A stretch of DNA of 64,000 nucleotides from NCBI RefSeq assembly GCF_035325925.1, contig NZ_DAOKZA010000004.1:51745-115744 (forward strand). Direction: 5' to 3'. This document shows, in pieces, positions 10,580 to 21,343 of the stretch (its first letter is position 1; every line of letters starts with the position of its first letter). The notes beneath the pieces are model-generated. The model did not search any database, was not told where the DNA came from, and worked only from the letters and a program-made list of their open reading frames with translations. The DNA comes from Azohydromonas sp. GTDB lineage: Bacteria > Pseudomonadota > Gammaproteobacteria > Burkholderiales > Burkholderiaceae_C. The position numbers were made by a program, and so were the translations under genes.

Positions 10580-11407
10580 TCATACGATCTTCTCGCCCGG
10601 GTGCGTGATCTTGCGCATCGGCTCGTAGCGCTTCGAGTCGGCGATCAGCGGGTGCGTCGTGTCGCCGCGGTCCCAGCGCGGGTCGTCCATCGCGTCGAAC
10701 ACCTCGCGCAGGCGCTGGCCCCAGGTGCTGCGCACCATGTGGAAGTACGGGTTGTGCTCGTCGATGCACACGATGCGGTCGGTGCGCAACGTGCCCTCCT
10801 CGTACACCAGCAGGTCCAGCGGCAGCCCGACCGTGAGGTTGGACTTCAGCGTCGAGTCCATCGACACCAGCGCGCACTTGGCCGCCTGGTCGAGCGAGGT
10901 CCTGGGCGTGATCATGCGGTCGAGCACCGGCTTGCCGTACTTGCTCTCGCCGATCTGGAAGTAGGTCGTCTCGCGTGTGGCCTCGATGAAGTTGCCCGCC
11001 GAGTAGACGAGGAACAGGCGCATCGCCTCGCCGTTGATCTGCCCGCCGAAGATCATGCTGGCGTTGAAGTCGATGCCGGCGCTGCGCAGCGACGGGCCGT
11101 CCTGCTCGTACACGCGGCGCACCGCGCTGCCGAGCACGCGCGTCGCGTCGAACATGCTGGTGGCGTTCCAGATCGTCAGCGGCGGCTCGTGCGGCCCGCG
11201 GTCGAGCTTCTCGACCTGCAGGATCTCGCGCACGCTCTGGCTGATGCTCAGGTTGCCCGCCGACAGCATGACCATGAAGCGCTCGCCGGGCTGCTCGTAG
11301 ATCATCATCTTGCGGAAGGTGCTGATCTGGTCGAGCCCGGCGTTGGTGCGCGAGTCGGACAGGAACACGAGTCCGGCGTCGAGCCGGATGCCGACACAGT
11401 AGGTCAT
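10580..11407 (-). CDS. Proteasome-type protease (Ntn hydrolase, Anbu/COG3484-like beta subunit)
   Basis: The N-terminus [24 protein letters not shown] places Thr at position 2, so it becomes the N-terminal nucleophile after Met removal. The ATG overlaps the mutS stop (ATGA). Confidence 0.85.
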   Translation of the reverse strand: MTYCVGIRLDAGLVFLSDSRTNAGLDQISTFRKMMIYEQPGERFMVMLSAGNLSISQSVREILQVEKLDRGPHEPPLTIWNATSMFDATRVLGSAVRRVYEQDGPSLRSAGIDFNASMIFGGQINGEAMRLFLVYSAGNFIEATRETTYFQIGESKYGKPVLDRMITPRTSLDQAAKCALVSMDSTLKSNLTVGLPLDLLVYEEGTLRTDRIVCIDEHNPYFHMVRSTWGQRLREVFDAMDDPRWDRGDTTHPLIADSKRYEPMRKITHPGEKIV

Positions 11408-14010
11408 GGCGTGGACTTGGCGAGGGCCTTGAGCCGGTACAGCGCGTCGAGCGCCTGGCGGGGCGTGAGCGTATCAGGGTCGAGGTCGGCCAGCGCGTCG
11501 TCCACCGGCGACGCCGCGGGCGGCGGCGCCGCCGGCGGCGGGGCGAACAGGTCGACCTGCGCGCTGCCGCCGCGCTGCTGCGCCTCGAGCGCCTCGAGCG
11601 CGGCGCGCGCCTGACGGATCACCGCGGCCGGCATGCCGGCGAGCTGCGCCACCTGCACGCCGTAGCTGCGGCTCGCCGGGCCGGCCTCGATCTCGTGCAG
11701 GAACACGATGTCGCGCCCCGCGCCCTCGACGGCGCTGACGTGCACGTTGATCGCGCGCGCGTGCTTCTCGGGGAACGCGGTGAGCTCGAAGTAGTGCGTC
11801 GCGAACAGCGTGAAGGCGCGGCTGCGGTCGTGCAGGTGGCTGGCGATCGCGCCGGCCAGCGCCAGCCCGTCGAAGGTGCTGGTGCCGCGGCCGATCTCGT
11901 CCATCAGCACCAGCGACTGCTCGGTGGCGGCGTGCAGGATCGCGCTGGCCTCGGTCATCTCGAGCATGAAGGTCGACTGCGCGTTGGCCAGGTCGTCGGC
12001 GGCGCCGACGCGCGTGTGGATCGCGTCGATCGGCCCGAGCCGGCACGACGACGCCGGCACGTACGAGCCCATCGCGGCCAGCAGCACGATCAGCGCGACC
12101 TGGCGCATGTAGGTGCTCTTGCCGCCCATGTTCGGGCCGGTGATCACGAGCAGGCGCGTCTTCGCGTCTAGCCGGCAGTGGTTGGCGATGAACGGGCCGC
12201 CGCCGGTGGCCTGCAGGCGCGCCTCGACCACCGGGTGGCGGCCGGCCTCGATGTCGATGCAGGGGTGCGCGACGAACTGCGGCCGGCACCAGCCCAGCGT
12301 GGCCGCGCGCTCGGCCAGCGCCGCCAGCGCGTCGATCGCGGCCAGCGCGCGCGCCGCCGCACCGAGCGCGGGCACGAAGGGCTGCAGCGCGTCGAGCAGC
12401 TGCTCGTACAGCCACTTCTCGCGAGCCAGCGCGCGCTCCGAGGCGGCGAGCGCCTTGTCTTCGAAGGCCTCGAGCTCGGGCGTGACGAAACGCTCGGCGT
12501 TCTTCAGCGTCTGCCGGCGCTGGAAATCGGCGGGCACCTTGTCCTTCTGGCCGGCGGTGACCTCGATGTAGAAGCCGTGCACCTTGTTGTACTGCACGCG
12601 CAGGTTGGCGATGCCGGTGCGCGTGCGCTCGCGCGCCTCGAGGTCGAGCAGGAAGGTGTCGCAGTGGGTCGCAATCGCGCGCAGCTCGTCGAGCTCGGCG
12701 TCGAAGCCCGCGGCGATCACGCCGCCGTCGCGCAGCAGCGCCGCGGGCTCGTCGGCCAGCGCGCGCTGCAGCAGCTCGTGCACCTGCGGCGGCGGCTGCA
12801 GCGCGGCGTGCAGCGCGTCCAGCCGCTCGCCGCCGGTGGGCATCGCGTCGCGCAGCGACGGCAGCGCGGCCAGCGTGGCGCGCAGCCCGACGAGCTCGCG
12901 CGGGCGCACCTGGCGCAGCGCCAGCCGCGCGGTGATGCGCTCGACGTCGCTGACGTGGCGCAGCCGCTCGCGCAGCGCGTCGAAGCCGTCGGCGACGAGG
13001 CGCTCGACGGCGTCCAGGCGCTGCAGCGCCGCGGCGCGCTCGCGCTGCGGGTGGGTCAGCCAGTGGCGCAGCGTGCGGCTGCCCATGCCGGTGCGGCAGG
13101 TGTCGAGCAGCGACAGCAGCGTGGGCGCCGGCTCGCCGCGCAGCGTGGCCACCAGCTCGAGGTTGCGCACGGTGGCCGGCGGCAGGTCGAGCAGTTCGTT
13201 GGCGCGTTCGACCGCCAGCGCGGTCACGTGCGCCAGCGCCTGCCCCTGCGTGTGTTCGGCGTACGCGAGCAGCGCCGCGGCCGCGGCGTGCGCGACCGGC
13301 AGGTCGGCGGCATTGAAGCCGGCCAGCGTGGCGACCTTCAGCAGGTCGAGCAGCTTGCGCTGGCCCAGCGCGGCGTCGAACTGCCAGGCCGGGCGCTTGG
13401 TGCGCGCGGCACGCTGCTGCAGCACGGCGGCGGGCAGCTCGTCGCGGTCGACCAGCACTTCGGCCGGCGCCAGCCGCGCCAGCCAGCTGCCCAGTTCGGC
13501 CTCGCCGCACTCGGTCACGCCGAGCCGGCCGCTGGCCAGCCCCAGCCAGGCCAGCCCGAAGGTCGCGCGCTGGCGCGCCAGCGCCAGCAGCAGCGTGTCG
13601 GCGCGTTCGTCCATCAGCTCGCTGTCGGTCACCGTGCCGGGGGTGACGACGCGCACCACCTTGCGCTCGACCGGGCCCTTGGCCGCGCCGACCTCGCCGA
13701 CCTGCTCGGCGATCGCCACCGACTCGCCCAGCCGCACCAGCTTGGCCAGGTAGCTCTCGAGCGCGTGCACCGGCACGCCGGCCATCACCACCGGCTCGCC
13801 GGCGGACTGCCCGCGCGAGGTCAGCGTGATGTCGAGCAGCCGGTGCGCGCGCCGCGCATCGTCGTAGAACAGCTCGTAGAAGTCGCCCATGCGGTACAGC
13901 ACGAGCGCGTCGGGGTGCGCCGCCTTGATGCGCAGGTACTGCGCCATGGACGGAGAATGGCGCGAGAGGTCGCCCTTCAAGAGGTCGGCCGTTGTGATCG
14001 GGGTGGTCAT
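11404..14010 (-). CDS. mutS: DNA mismatch repair protein MutS
   Basis: 868 aa. Motifs: [29 protein letters not shown], Walker [14 protein letters not shown], and [12 protein letters not shown]. Confidence 0.97.
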   Translation of the reverse strand: MTTPITTADLLKGDLSRHSPSMAQYLRIKAAHPDALVLYRMGDFYELFYDDARRAHRLLDITLTSRGQSAGEPVVMAGVPVHALESYLAKLVRLGESVAIAEQVGEVGAAKGPVERKVVRVVTPGTVTDSELMDERADTLLLALARQRATFGLAWLGLASGRLGVTECGEAELGSWLARLAPAEVLVDRDELPAAVLQQRAARTKRPAWQFDAALGQRKLLDLLKVATLAGFNAADLPVAHAAAAALLAYAEHTQGQALAHVTALAVERANELLDLPPATVRNLELVATLRGEPAPTLLSLLDTCRTGMGSRTLRHWLTHPQRERAAALQRLDAVERLVADGFDALRERLRHVSDVERITARLALRQVRPRELVGLRATLAALPSLRDAMPTGGERLDALHAALQPPPQVHELLQRALADEPAALLRDGGVIAAGFDAELDELRAIATHCDTFLLDLEARERTRTGIANLRVQYNKVHGFYIEVTAGQKDKVPADFQRRQTLKNAERFVTPELEAFEDKALAASERALAREKWLYEQLLDALQPFVPALGAAARALAAIDALAALAERAATLGWCRPQFVAHPCIDIEAGRHPVVEARLQATGGGPFIANHCRLDAKTRLLVITGPNMGGKSTYMRQVALIVLLAAMGSYVPASSCRLGPIDAIHTRVGAADDLANAQSTFMLEMTEASAILHAATEQSLVLMDEIGRGTSTFDGLALAGAIASHLHDRSRAFTLFATHYFELTAFPEKHARAINVHVSAVEGAGRDIVFLHEIEAGPASRSYGVQVAQLAGMPAAVIRQARAALEALEAQQRGGSAQVDLFAPPPAAPPPAASPVDDALADLDPDTLTPRQALDALYRLKALAKSTP

Positions 14011-14346
14011 GTCGGCCGAGATGGTAGGTCAGGACGACGAAGTGGCTGGCTTTGGCGGCGCAGCGGCCGTCATCATCCGAATCGCGAAACACGTAGCGCG
14101 AGCCACGGGCCTGTACCCGCTCCAGACCGGACAGAGAGATTCGCGCTCGCGGATGTTCTCGTTCGCCGCAAGAAGTGTCCGTTCGCGGTCCGGGATCAAC
14201 GCGCGCGCCGGTTTGCGCCCTGTCTTCACCCGGCCGCCCACGCGGCCCTTTGCCGCGCTCAACTGGCAAGATTCTCGATTGCGGCCAACTGCCCCAACGC
14301 TCACACTCTTGTACTTCTACCGGCCCTACGCCAGCCAGCACCCAAC

Positions 14347-15234
14347 GTGTCCTCCGCCGTCAAGATCTTCCAGGGCCGCTTCGGCCGCGTCGCCCTGCTC
14401 GAGATGGATGCGCCCCTGGTCGGTCATGCGCACCATCACTGCCACATCCTGATCAAGGCTGGCGGTGCGGACAGCGCGTTCAGCGTTCGCGGCGAGCGCG
14501 CGCCGCTCACCGACGAGTCGGCGGTGCTGGTCAACGCATGGGAGCATCACGCCTACGAGCACGATGCGCCCCCGGGGCAGCGCACGCTGATCCTGGCGCT
14601 TTACATCGAGCCGAACTGGCTGGCGGAGCTGCAGCGCTCGCTCGCGCTGTCGGCCCATCCGCGCTTCTTCCCGCAGAAGTGCGTGGCGATCACGCCGCAG
14701 ACCAAGCGCATCGCCGAGGAATTCGTGCTCGAGATGTGGTGGGCCGACGAGGTGTCGCCCGCTCGCATGGAGGAACTGCTCTTCAACCTCATCATCGCAG
14801 TGATCGACAGCTACTCCGGCTGGCGCGATCTGGTCGCGCTGCTGCGCGCCAAACCGCCGGTGGCGATGGACCCGCGCGTGCGCCGTGCCATTGCGCTGAT
14901 GCGGGAAGACATCGCGCACGAGCTCGACGTCGATGCCTTGGCCGCGCGCAGCGGGCTGTCGCGGGCCCACTTCTTCACGCTGTTCCAGCGCGACACGCAG
15001 GTCACGCCGCTGGTCTACGCCAACGTGCTGAGGTTCGAGGCGGCTGTGCAGCGCCTGTCGCGGGGGCAGGAGCCGGTCAGCGCGGTGGCGCACGAGCTGG
15101 GCTTCTCGGCGCCCGGCCACTTTGCGCGCTTCTTTCGGCAGCACCTGGGCATCACCCCGACGGACTATCGCCGCGCGGTCAATCTCTTCGAGCCGCCGGA
15201 CGATGCCGCCCCCGGCCAGCCGCCGGTGATCTGA
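14347..15234 (+). CDS. AraC-family transcriptional regulator
   Basis: This is the C-terminal part of the long + ORF. It has a cupin-like N-terminal half and a C-terminal AraC HTH (LSRAHFFTLFQRDTQVTPLVY...GFSAPGHFARFFRQHLGITP). A GTG start at 14347 is proposed; ATG at 14404 is the alternative. It is divergent from mutS. Confidence 0.85.
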   Translation: MSSAVKIFQGRFGRVALLEMDAPLVGHAHHHCHILIKAGGADSAFSVRGERAPLTDESAVLVNAWEHHAYEHDAPPGQRTLILALYIEPNWLAELQRSLALSAHPRFFPQKCVAITPQTKRIAEEFVLEMWWADEVSPARMEELLFNLIIAVIDSYSGWRDLVALLRAKPPVAMDPRVRRAIALMREDIAHELDVDALAARSGLSRAHFFTLFQRDTQVTPLVYANVLRFEAAVQRLSRGQEPVSAVAHELGFSAPGHFARFFRQHLGITPTDYRRAVNLFEPPDDAAPGQPPVI

Positions 15235-15241
15235 CGTCGCG

Positions 15242-15268
15242 ACGGGCCCTGTAGGGCCCGTTGTCTTT
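15242..15268 (+). terminator. Rho-independent terminator candidate after the AraC gene
   Basis: An 8-bp perfect stem ACGGGCCC-tgta-GGGCCCGT is followed by TGTCTTT. Confidence 0.5.
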
Positions 15269-15429
15269 CCTGCCCGGCCAGGGCGTTGCTGCAGAGCAGC
15301 ATGGAACTGGCCAGACTTTTCGGTCAGCGATCGGACGATCCGGATCTTTGCCGGACGCCTGCGTTCACGCCTGCATGCCGAGCCTGTCGACACTGCGTCA
15401 CACCGCAGACCGACAAGCAGGAGACAGGC

Positions 15430-18400
15430 TTGCACAGCGATCCGGGCCTCGCCGAGGCCCTTACCCCACGCCACATCGGGCGACCGATCGAGCGCCACGA
15501 AGACGCCGCGCTGCTGACCGGCCGCGGCCGCTTCGCGGACGACCTGGGCGAGCCCCCCGGCACGCTGCAGGCGGCCGTGCTGCGCAGCCCGCATGCGCAT
15601 GCCGAGCTGCTGGCGGTCGACGCCTCGGCGGCCCTGGCGATGCCGGGCGTGCGCGCCGTGCTGACTGGCGAGGACGTGCAGCGCTGGTCGCAGCCCTTCG
15701 TCGTGGGCGTGAAGGCGCCGATGCAGCACTGGGCGCTCGCGGTGGACCGCGTGCGCTACAGCGGCGAGCCGGTCGCGGTGGTGATCGCCGAAGACCGCTA
15801 TCTGGCGGAGGACGCACTCGATGCCATCCGCGTCGAGTACCGGGCGCTGCCCGCGACGGTGGACATCGCCGAGGCCAGCGAGGCCGGTGCACCGGTGCTG
15901 CACGAGGCGGTGGGCAGCAATGTGGTCAACGAGCGCTTCTTCCGCTACGGCGATCCGGATCAAGCCTTCGCGGGCGCCGCGCGCCAAGTTGCCATCACCG
16001 TGCACTACCCGCGCAACAGCTGCACGCCGATCGAGTGCGGCATCGTGGTGGCCGAGCACCAGCCCGAAGCCGACGGCGGCCACGCCTACGAGGTGCTGTC
16101 GAACTTCATGGGCCCGTTTTCGCTGCATTCGGTGATGTCGCTGGCCCTCGGCGTGCCGGCCAACAAGCTGCGTCACCGGGTGCCGCGCGACAGCGGCGGC
16201 AGCTTCGGCGTCAAGCAGGCGGTGCTGCCTTATGTGGTGCTGATGTGCCTCGCCTCGCGCAAGGCCGGCGCGCCGGTGAAGTGGGTGGAAGACCGGCTCG
16301 AGCACCTCGGCGCCGCCACCTCGGCCACGGCGCGGCTGACCCACATCACCGCCGCGCTCGACGGCGAGGGTCGCATCACCGCGCTCGACTGGGACCAGCG
16401 CGACGACGTCGGCGCCTACCTGCGTGCGCCGGAGCCGGCCACCTTCTACCGCATGCACGGCGCGCTCAGCGGCGCCTACGACATCCCGAACCTTGCCGTG
16501 CGCAACCGCGTGGTCGTCACCAACAAGACGCCCACCGGGCTGGTGCGCGGTTTCGGCGGGCCGCAGGTCTACTACGCGCTCGAACGGCTGATGGACCGCA
16601 TCGCCGTCGAGCTGGGCGAAGACCCGGTCGCGCTGCGCCTGCGTCACTACGTGCAGCCGCAGCAGTTCCCCTATACCGCGGCGGCTGGCGCCGTGCTCGA
16701 TTCGGGCGACTACCACCGCCTCACCGCGATGGCGATGGCCGCTGCGCGTGAGCAGGGCTTGTGGCAGCGCCAGGCCGCGGCGCGTGCCGCCGGCCGGCTC
16801 TACGGCATCGGCGTGGCGGCGATCGTCGAGCCCTCGGTGTCGAACATGGGCTACATCAGCACCGTGCTGACGCCCGAGCAGCGGGCCAAGGCCGGGCCGA
16901 AGAACGGCGCGATCGCCAGCGCGACAGTGGCCATCGACCTGCTCGGCGGCGTCAACGTGGTGGTCGCGTCGGCGCCTGCGGGGCAGGGCCACATGACGGT
17001 GTGCGCCCAGGTGGTGGCCGACGTGTTCGGCCTGCAGCCTGGGCAGGTGGTGGTGAACGTCGAGTTCGACACCGCCAAGGACGCCTGGAGCGTGGCGGCC
17101 GGCAACTACAGCAGCCGCTTCGCGGGCGCGGTGGCCGGCACGGTGCATCTCGCGGCCTCGCGGCTGCGCGACAAGCTGGCACGCATCGCCGCGCCGCAAC
17201 TCGGCTGCCCACCGCAGCGGGTGCGCTTCGAGGGCGGCGCGGTCTTCGATGAACAGATGCCCGAGCGTCGCCAGCCCTTCACGCGCCTGGCCGCCAATCC
17301 GCACTGGGCGCCGGCCTTGCTGCCCGAGGGCGAAGCGCCCGGGCTGCGCGAGACCGCGTTCTGGACCGCGCCGACCCTGGCCGCGCCCGACGCGCAGGAC
17401 CGCGTCAACACCTCGGCCGCCTACGGCTTCGTGTTCGACGTCTGCGGCCTCGAGGTCGATCCGGCCACCGGCCGCGTACGCGTCGATCGCTACATCACCG
17501 GCCACGATGCCGGGCGGCTGCTCAATCCGGCGCTCGCCGACGGCCAGATCCGCGGCGCCTTCGCCCAGGGGCTGGGTGCGGCACTGATGGAGGAGTTCCG
17601 CTACGGCGCCGACGGCAGCTTCCAGAGCGGCACCTTCGCCGACTACCTGGTACCCACCGCCTGCGAGGTGCCCGACCCGGTGATCGTGCACCTGGAGACG
17701 CCGAGCCCGTTCACGCCGCTGGGCGCCAAGGGCCTCGGCGAAGGCAACAACATGAGCACACCCGTGGTAATCGCCAATGCTTTTGCCGATGCGCTGCGGC
17801 CGCTGCGCGATCTCGCCGACGTGCGCCTGCCGCTGATGCCGTCGCGCGTGCTCGCGCTGATCGGCGAAGCGGGTGGCCTGGCCGAGCCGGAGCCGCCCGC
17901 CGGGCTCGGCCGCAGGGCGGAACCTGCCAGAGTGGCCGGCGGCCTCGCGCTGCAGGCCCAGGGCAGCGTGGACATCGCCGCGCCACCGGAGAAAGTGTTC
18001 GCCGTGCTTCTCGATCCGGCGGCGCTGGCGCGCGTCATCCCGGGATGCCACGCGCTGCAGCGCGACGGCGAGCATCGCTACCGGGCCGACGTCACCGTCG
18101 GCGTGGGGCTGGTGAAGGCGCGCTACGAGGCCCGCATCGAGCTGTCGGAGATCGACGCGCCGCGCAGCCTGCGGCTGGCCGGCTCGGGCCAGTCTTCGCT
18201 GGGCACGGGTTCCGGCAGCGGCACTGTGCGCCTGGAGGCCACGGCCTCCGGCACCCGGCTTCACTACGACTATGCGGCGCAGGTGGGTGGCAAGGTGGCC
18301 GCCGTGGGCAGCCGCATGCTCGAAGGGGCCGCGCGCATCGTGCTGGCCCAGCTGTTCGAGTCGCTCGGCCGCCAAGCCGCCGGCGACGCCGCGGTGCGCA

Positions 18401-18450
18401 AGGCGCCATGGTGGCAGCGTCTGCTGGCCTGGCTGGGGGTGGCGCGATGA
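15430..18450 (+). CDS. Xanthine-dehydrogenase-family molybdopterin (large) subunit fused to a C-terminal CoxG/SRPBCC domain; HmfA-like candidate acyl-CoA dehydrogenase
   Basis: HIGRPIERHEDAALLTGRGRFADD is the typical N-terminus of the CoxL/XDH family. The last ~150 aa (SVDIAAPPEKVFAVLLDPAALARVIPGC...GGKVAAVGSRMLEGAARIVLAQLF) form a CoxG-type domain. A TTG start at 15430 is preceded by AGGAGA. The track ORF starts at 15286. Confidence 0.9.
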   Translation: MHSDPGLAEALTPRHIGRPIERHEDAALLTGRGRFADDLGEPPGTLQAAVLRSPHAHAELLAVDASAALAMPGVRAVLTGEDVQRWSQPFVVGVKAPMQHWALAVDRVRYSGEPVAVVIAEDRYLAEDALDAIRVEYRALPATVDIAEASEAGAPVLHEAVGSNVVNERFFRYGDPDQAFAGAARQVAITVHYPRNSCTPIECGIVVAEHQPEADGGHAYEVLSNFMGPFSLHSVMSLALGVPANKLRHRVPRDSGGSFGVKQAVLPYVVLMCLASRKAGAPVKWVEDRLEHLGAATSATARLTHITAALDGEGRITALDWDQRDDVGAYLRAPEPATFYRMHGALSGAYDIPNLAVRNRVVVTNKTPTGLVRGFGGPQVYYALERLMDRIAVELGEDPVALRLRHYVQPQQFPYTAAAGAVLDSGDYHRLTAMAMAAAREQGLWQRQAAARAAGRLYGIGVAAIVEPSVSNMGYISTVLTPEQRAKAGPKNGAIASATVAIDLLGGVNVVVASAPAGQGHMTVCAQVVADVFGLQPGQVVVNVEFDTAKDAWSVAAGNYSSRFAGAVAGTVHLAASRLRDKLARIAAPQLGCPPQRVRFEGGAVFDEQMPERRQPFTRLAANPHWAPALLPEGEAPGLRETAFWTAPTLAAPDAQDRVNTSAAYGFVFDVCGLEVDPATGRVRVDRYITGHDAGRLLNPALADGQIRGAFAQGLGAALMEEFRYGADGSFQSGTFADYLVPTACEVPDPVIVHLETPSPFTPLGAKGLGEGNNMSTPVVIANAFADALRPLRDLADVRLPLMPSRVLALIGEAGGLAEPEPPAGLGRRAEPARVAGGLALQAQGSVDIAAPPEKVFAVLLDPAALARVIPGCHALQRDGEHRYRADVTVGVGLVKARYEARIELSEIDAPRSLRLAGSGQSSLGTGSGSGTVRLEATASGTRLHYDYAAQVGGKVAAVGSRMLEGAARIVLAQLFESLGRQAAGDAAVRKAPWWQRLLAWLGVAR

Positions 18451-19280
18451 AGCCGGCAGCCTTCGAGTACCAGCGCGCCGAGACGGCCGCGGAAGCCGCG
18501 GCGGTGCTCGCGCAGCTCGGCGACGAGGCGCGCATCCTCGCCGGCGGGCAATCGCTGATGGCGGTGCTCAACATGCGCCTGGCCCGGCCGCAGCGCCTGG
18601 TCGACATCTCGCGCTCGTCGGCGCTGGCCGAACTGCGCGTCGATGGCGCCATGCTGCACCTCGGCGCGGCCGTCACCCAGGCCATGCTCGAGTGGCGGCC
18701 GGGGTTGGCGCAGGAACTGCCGCTGCTGGCGCTGGCCTTCCCGCACATCTCGCACTTCCAGATCCGCAACCGTGGCACGGTGGCCGGCAGCATCGCACAC
18801 GCCGACCCTTCCGCCGAGCTGCCGCTGGCGCTGCTCGCGCTGGGCGGCGAGGTCTGCCTGCGCAGCGCGCGCGGCGCACGCCGCCTGGCCGCCCAGGACT
18901 TCTTCACCGGCATGCTGCTCACCGCGCGCCGGGCCGACGAACTGGTCGAGGCCGTGCGCTTTCCGCTGGCCTCGGCCGGCCAGGGCCACGGTTTCGAGGA
19001 GTTCGCGGTGCGCCATGGCGACTTCGCCATCTGCGCCGTGGCGGCGGTGGCCGATGCGCGCCGGCTGCGCATCGCCGTCGGCGGCGTCGCCGACCGGCCG
19101 GTGGCGCGCGACCTGCCGCTGCTCGACGGCGAGGCACTCGACGACGCCCTCAACGAACTCGCCTGGTCGCTCGACGTGCGCGACGAGCCGCAGGCCAGCG
19201 CAGCGCTGCGGCGCCAGCTGGTTCGCCGCCTCGGCCGCCGCGCTGCCGATCGGGCCCTCACCACCCGGAGAACCGCATGA
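18447..19280 (+). CDS. Mo-hydroxylase FAD-binding (medium, CoxM-like) subunit
   Basis: MKPAAFEYQRAETAAEAAAVL...ILAGGQSLMAVLNMR is present. The ATG overlaps the upstream stop (ATGA). Confidence 0.9.
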   Translation: MKPAAFEYQRAETAAEAAAVLAQLGDEARILAGGQSLMAVLNMRLARPQRLVDISRSSALAELRVDGAMLHLGAAVTQAMLEWRPGLAQELPLLALAFPHISHFQIRNRGTVAGSIAHADPSAELPLALLALGGEVCLRSARGARRLAAQDFFTGMLLTARRADELVEAVRFPLASAGQGHGFEEFAVRHGDFAICAVAAVADARRLRIAVGGVADRPVARDLPLLDGEALDDALNELAWSLDVRDEPQASAALRRQLVRRLGRRAADRALTTRRTA

Positions 19281-19792
19281 CCGTGCTGGACGCCCGCGCC
19301 GAACATCCGGTGCGCCTCACGCTGAACGGCCGCGAGCGCTGCGCCAGTGCGTCGCCGCGCCGCCTGCTGTCGGACTTCCTGCGCCATGACCTCGGCGCCA
19401 CCGGCACCCACGTCGGCTGCGAACACGGCGTGTGCGGCGCCTGCACGGTACAGATCGACGGCATCGCACAGCGGTCCTGCCTGACGCTGGCGGTGCAGGT
19501 CGACGGCCGTGAGGTTCGCACTGTCGAAGGCCTGGCCGGCCCCGATGCAGTGCTGCAGGACCTGCAGGCCGCCTTCAAGCGCCGCCATGCCCTGCAATGC
19601 GGCTTCTGCACGCCGGGCATCCTGATGTCCTGCGCGGACTGGCTCGGGCGCATCGCCGGCCGTGGCGTGCCGGAGGAGGAAAAGGTGCGCGAGATGCTGT
19701 CCGGGCATCTGTGCCGCTGCACCGGCTACACGCCCATCGTCGCCGCGGTGATGGACGTGGCGCGTGCACGCTGGGAGGCGTCGCATGCTTGA
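19277..19792 (+). CDS. Mo-hydroxylase (2Fe-2S)-binding small (CoxS-like) subunit
   Basis: Both cluster motifs are present: GCEHGVCGACTV and QCGFCTPG...CRCTGY. There is an ATGA overlap with the FAD subunit gene. Confidence 0.92.
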   Translation: MTVLDARAEHPVRLTLNGRERCASASPRRLLSDFLRHDLGATGTHVGCEHGVCGACTVQIDGIAQRSCLTLAVQVDGREVRTVEGLAGPDAVLQDLQAAFKRRHALQCGFCTPGILMSCADWLGRIAGRGVPEEEKVREMLSGHLCRCTGYTPIVAAVMDVARARWEASHA

Positions 19793-21332
19793 CCTCGGGC
19801 GCACCTTTCTGCAGAGCGTCGAGCGCAGCCCGAAGCAGGTCGCGGTCGTCGACGGCGGCCTGCGCCTGAGCTACCTCGAGTGGGCAGGCCGGATCGGCGC
19901 CGTGCAGCGCGGGCTCGCCGACGCCGGCCTCGCGCGCGGCGACCACCTGCTCGTCGTGCTGCAGAACCGCTGGGAGATGGCCACGCTGCACTGGGCCTGC
20001 CAGTTCGCCGGCATCGTGATGACGCCGCTCAACTGGCGCGCCAAACCGGAAGAGATCGACTACTGCCTGGCCGATGCTGAGGCGAAGGCGATCGTCTGGG
20101 AGCCGGTCGCCGACGCCGCGGTGGCCACTTCTTCGGCGGCCAGCCGGGCGCTGCGCATCGGGGTGGGCGAAGTGCACGCCGCGACGCTGCATTTCGAGGA
20201 CTGGATGACCGCCGCCGACGACCCGTTGCCGCAGGCCGAGGCGTCGGACTGGTCGCTGATGCTCTATACCAGCGGCACCACCGGCAGACCGAAGGGCGTG
20301 CCGCGGCGCCAGCGCGCCGAACGCATCGCCGCGCTGGCGCACGTGGCGCAGAACCGCTATGGCGTTGGCGAGTGCACGCTGGGCGTGATGCCGCTGTACC
20401 ACACGATGGGCGTGCGCTCGCTGCTGGCGCTGGCGCTGATCGACGGGCGCTTCGTCTGCATGCCGCGCTTCGACGCCCGCCGCGCGCTCGAGGCGATCCG
20501 CGACGAGCGGGTGACGCACCTCTACCTCGTGCCGACGCTCTACCACGACCTGCTGTCGCACCCGTCCTTCGCGCGCACCGACACGCGCAGCGTGCGCAAG
20601 CTCGGCTTCGCCGGGGCGCCGATGCACGACGCGCTGCTGCAGCGCCTGCAGGCCGCCTTCGTGCCCGAGCTGTTCGTCAACCACTACGGCAGCTCGGAGA
20701 TCTACACCTTCTCGATCAACCAGCGTGCCGCCGAGAAGCCCGGCTCGGCCGGTCGTGCCGGGCTCAACACGCGGCTGCGCGTCGTCAGGCTGGACCAGCG
20801 CGATCCCGCGTGTGCAGCGGCGCCGATGGAAGAGGGCCAGATCATCGCTGAGCTGCGCAGCGACGAGGCCTTCGAGGGTTACCACAAGCGCCCGGACGCC
20901 GATGCGAAGAGCCTGCACCAGGGCTGGTACTTCACTGGCGACACCGGCTACGTCGACGAAGAAGGCGACCTGTTCGTCACCGGCCGCGTCGACGACATGA
21001 TCATCAGCGGTGGCGAGAACATCTCGCCGGTCGACATCGAGTCGGTGCTGTCGCTGCATCCGGCCGTCGACGAAGTCGCCGTGGCCGGCCTGCACGACGC
21101 GCGCTGGGGCCAGAAGGTGGTTGCCTTCGTGAAGACGCGCGCGCCGGTGGACGCGCAGGCGCTCGACGCGCACTGCCGCGACAGCGACCTCGTCAACTTC
21201 AAGCGCCCTCGCGACTACGTGTTCGTGCGCGAGATCCCCAAGAGCCCCGTGGGCAAGGTGCTGCGGCGCAAGTTGCAGTCGGGCGAGTACGAGCCTGCCC
21301 CGCCGGTCCTTCCCTGCATTCCCCCCGCCTGA
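19785..21332 (+). CDS. AMP-dependent acyl/aryl-CoA synthetase (HmfD-like position)
   Basis: The AMP-binding motif YTSGTTGRPKGV is present, along with GDTGYVDEEGDLFVTGRVDDMI and a conserved C-terminal Lys region. ATG at 19785 overlaps the upstream stop. Confidence 0.9.
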   Translation: MLDLGRTFLQSVERSPKQVAVVDGGLRLSYLEWAGRIGAVQRGLADAGLARGDHLLVVLQNRWEMATLHWACQFAGIVMTPLNWRAKPEEIDYCLADAEAKAIVWEPVADAAVATSSAASRALRIGVGEVHAATLHFEDWMTAADDPLPQAEASDWSLMLYTSGTTGRPKGVPRRQRAERIAALAHVAQNRYGVGECTLGVMPLYHTMGVRSLLALALIDGRFVCMPRFDARRALEAIRDERVTHLYLVPTLYHDLLSHPSFARTDTRSVRKLGFAGAPMHDALLQRLQAAFVPELFVNHYGSSEIYTFSINQRAAEKPGSAGRAGLNTRLRVVRLDQRDPACAAAPMEEGQIIAELRSDEAFEGYHKRPDADAKSLHQGWYFTGDTGYVDEEGDLFVTGRVDDMIISGGENISPVDIESVLSLHPAVDEVAVAGLHDARWGQKVVAFVKTRAPVDAQALDAHCRDSDLVNFKRPRDYVFVREIPKSPVGKVLRRKLQSGEYEPAPPVLPCIPPA

Positions 21333-21343
21333 AGCGAGACCCC

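Noticed and set aside
11474-14341. 955-aa minus-strand ORF, and the first ~720 codons of the 1018-aa plus-strand ORF (12178..14346)
   Set aside because: The first is an off-frame reading of mutS. The second is antisense to mutS, and only its last 295 codons (the AraC regulator) look real.
14326-18375. 1349-aa minus-strand ORF
   Set aside because: It is antisense to the Mo-hydroxylase large subunit, is Arg/Ala/Gly-rich, and contains no recognisable domain.
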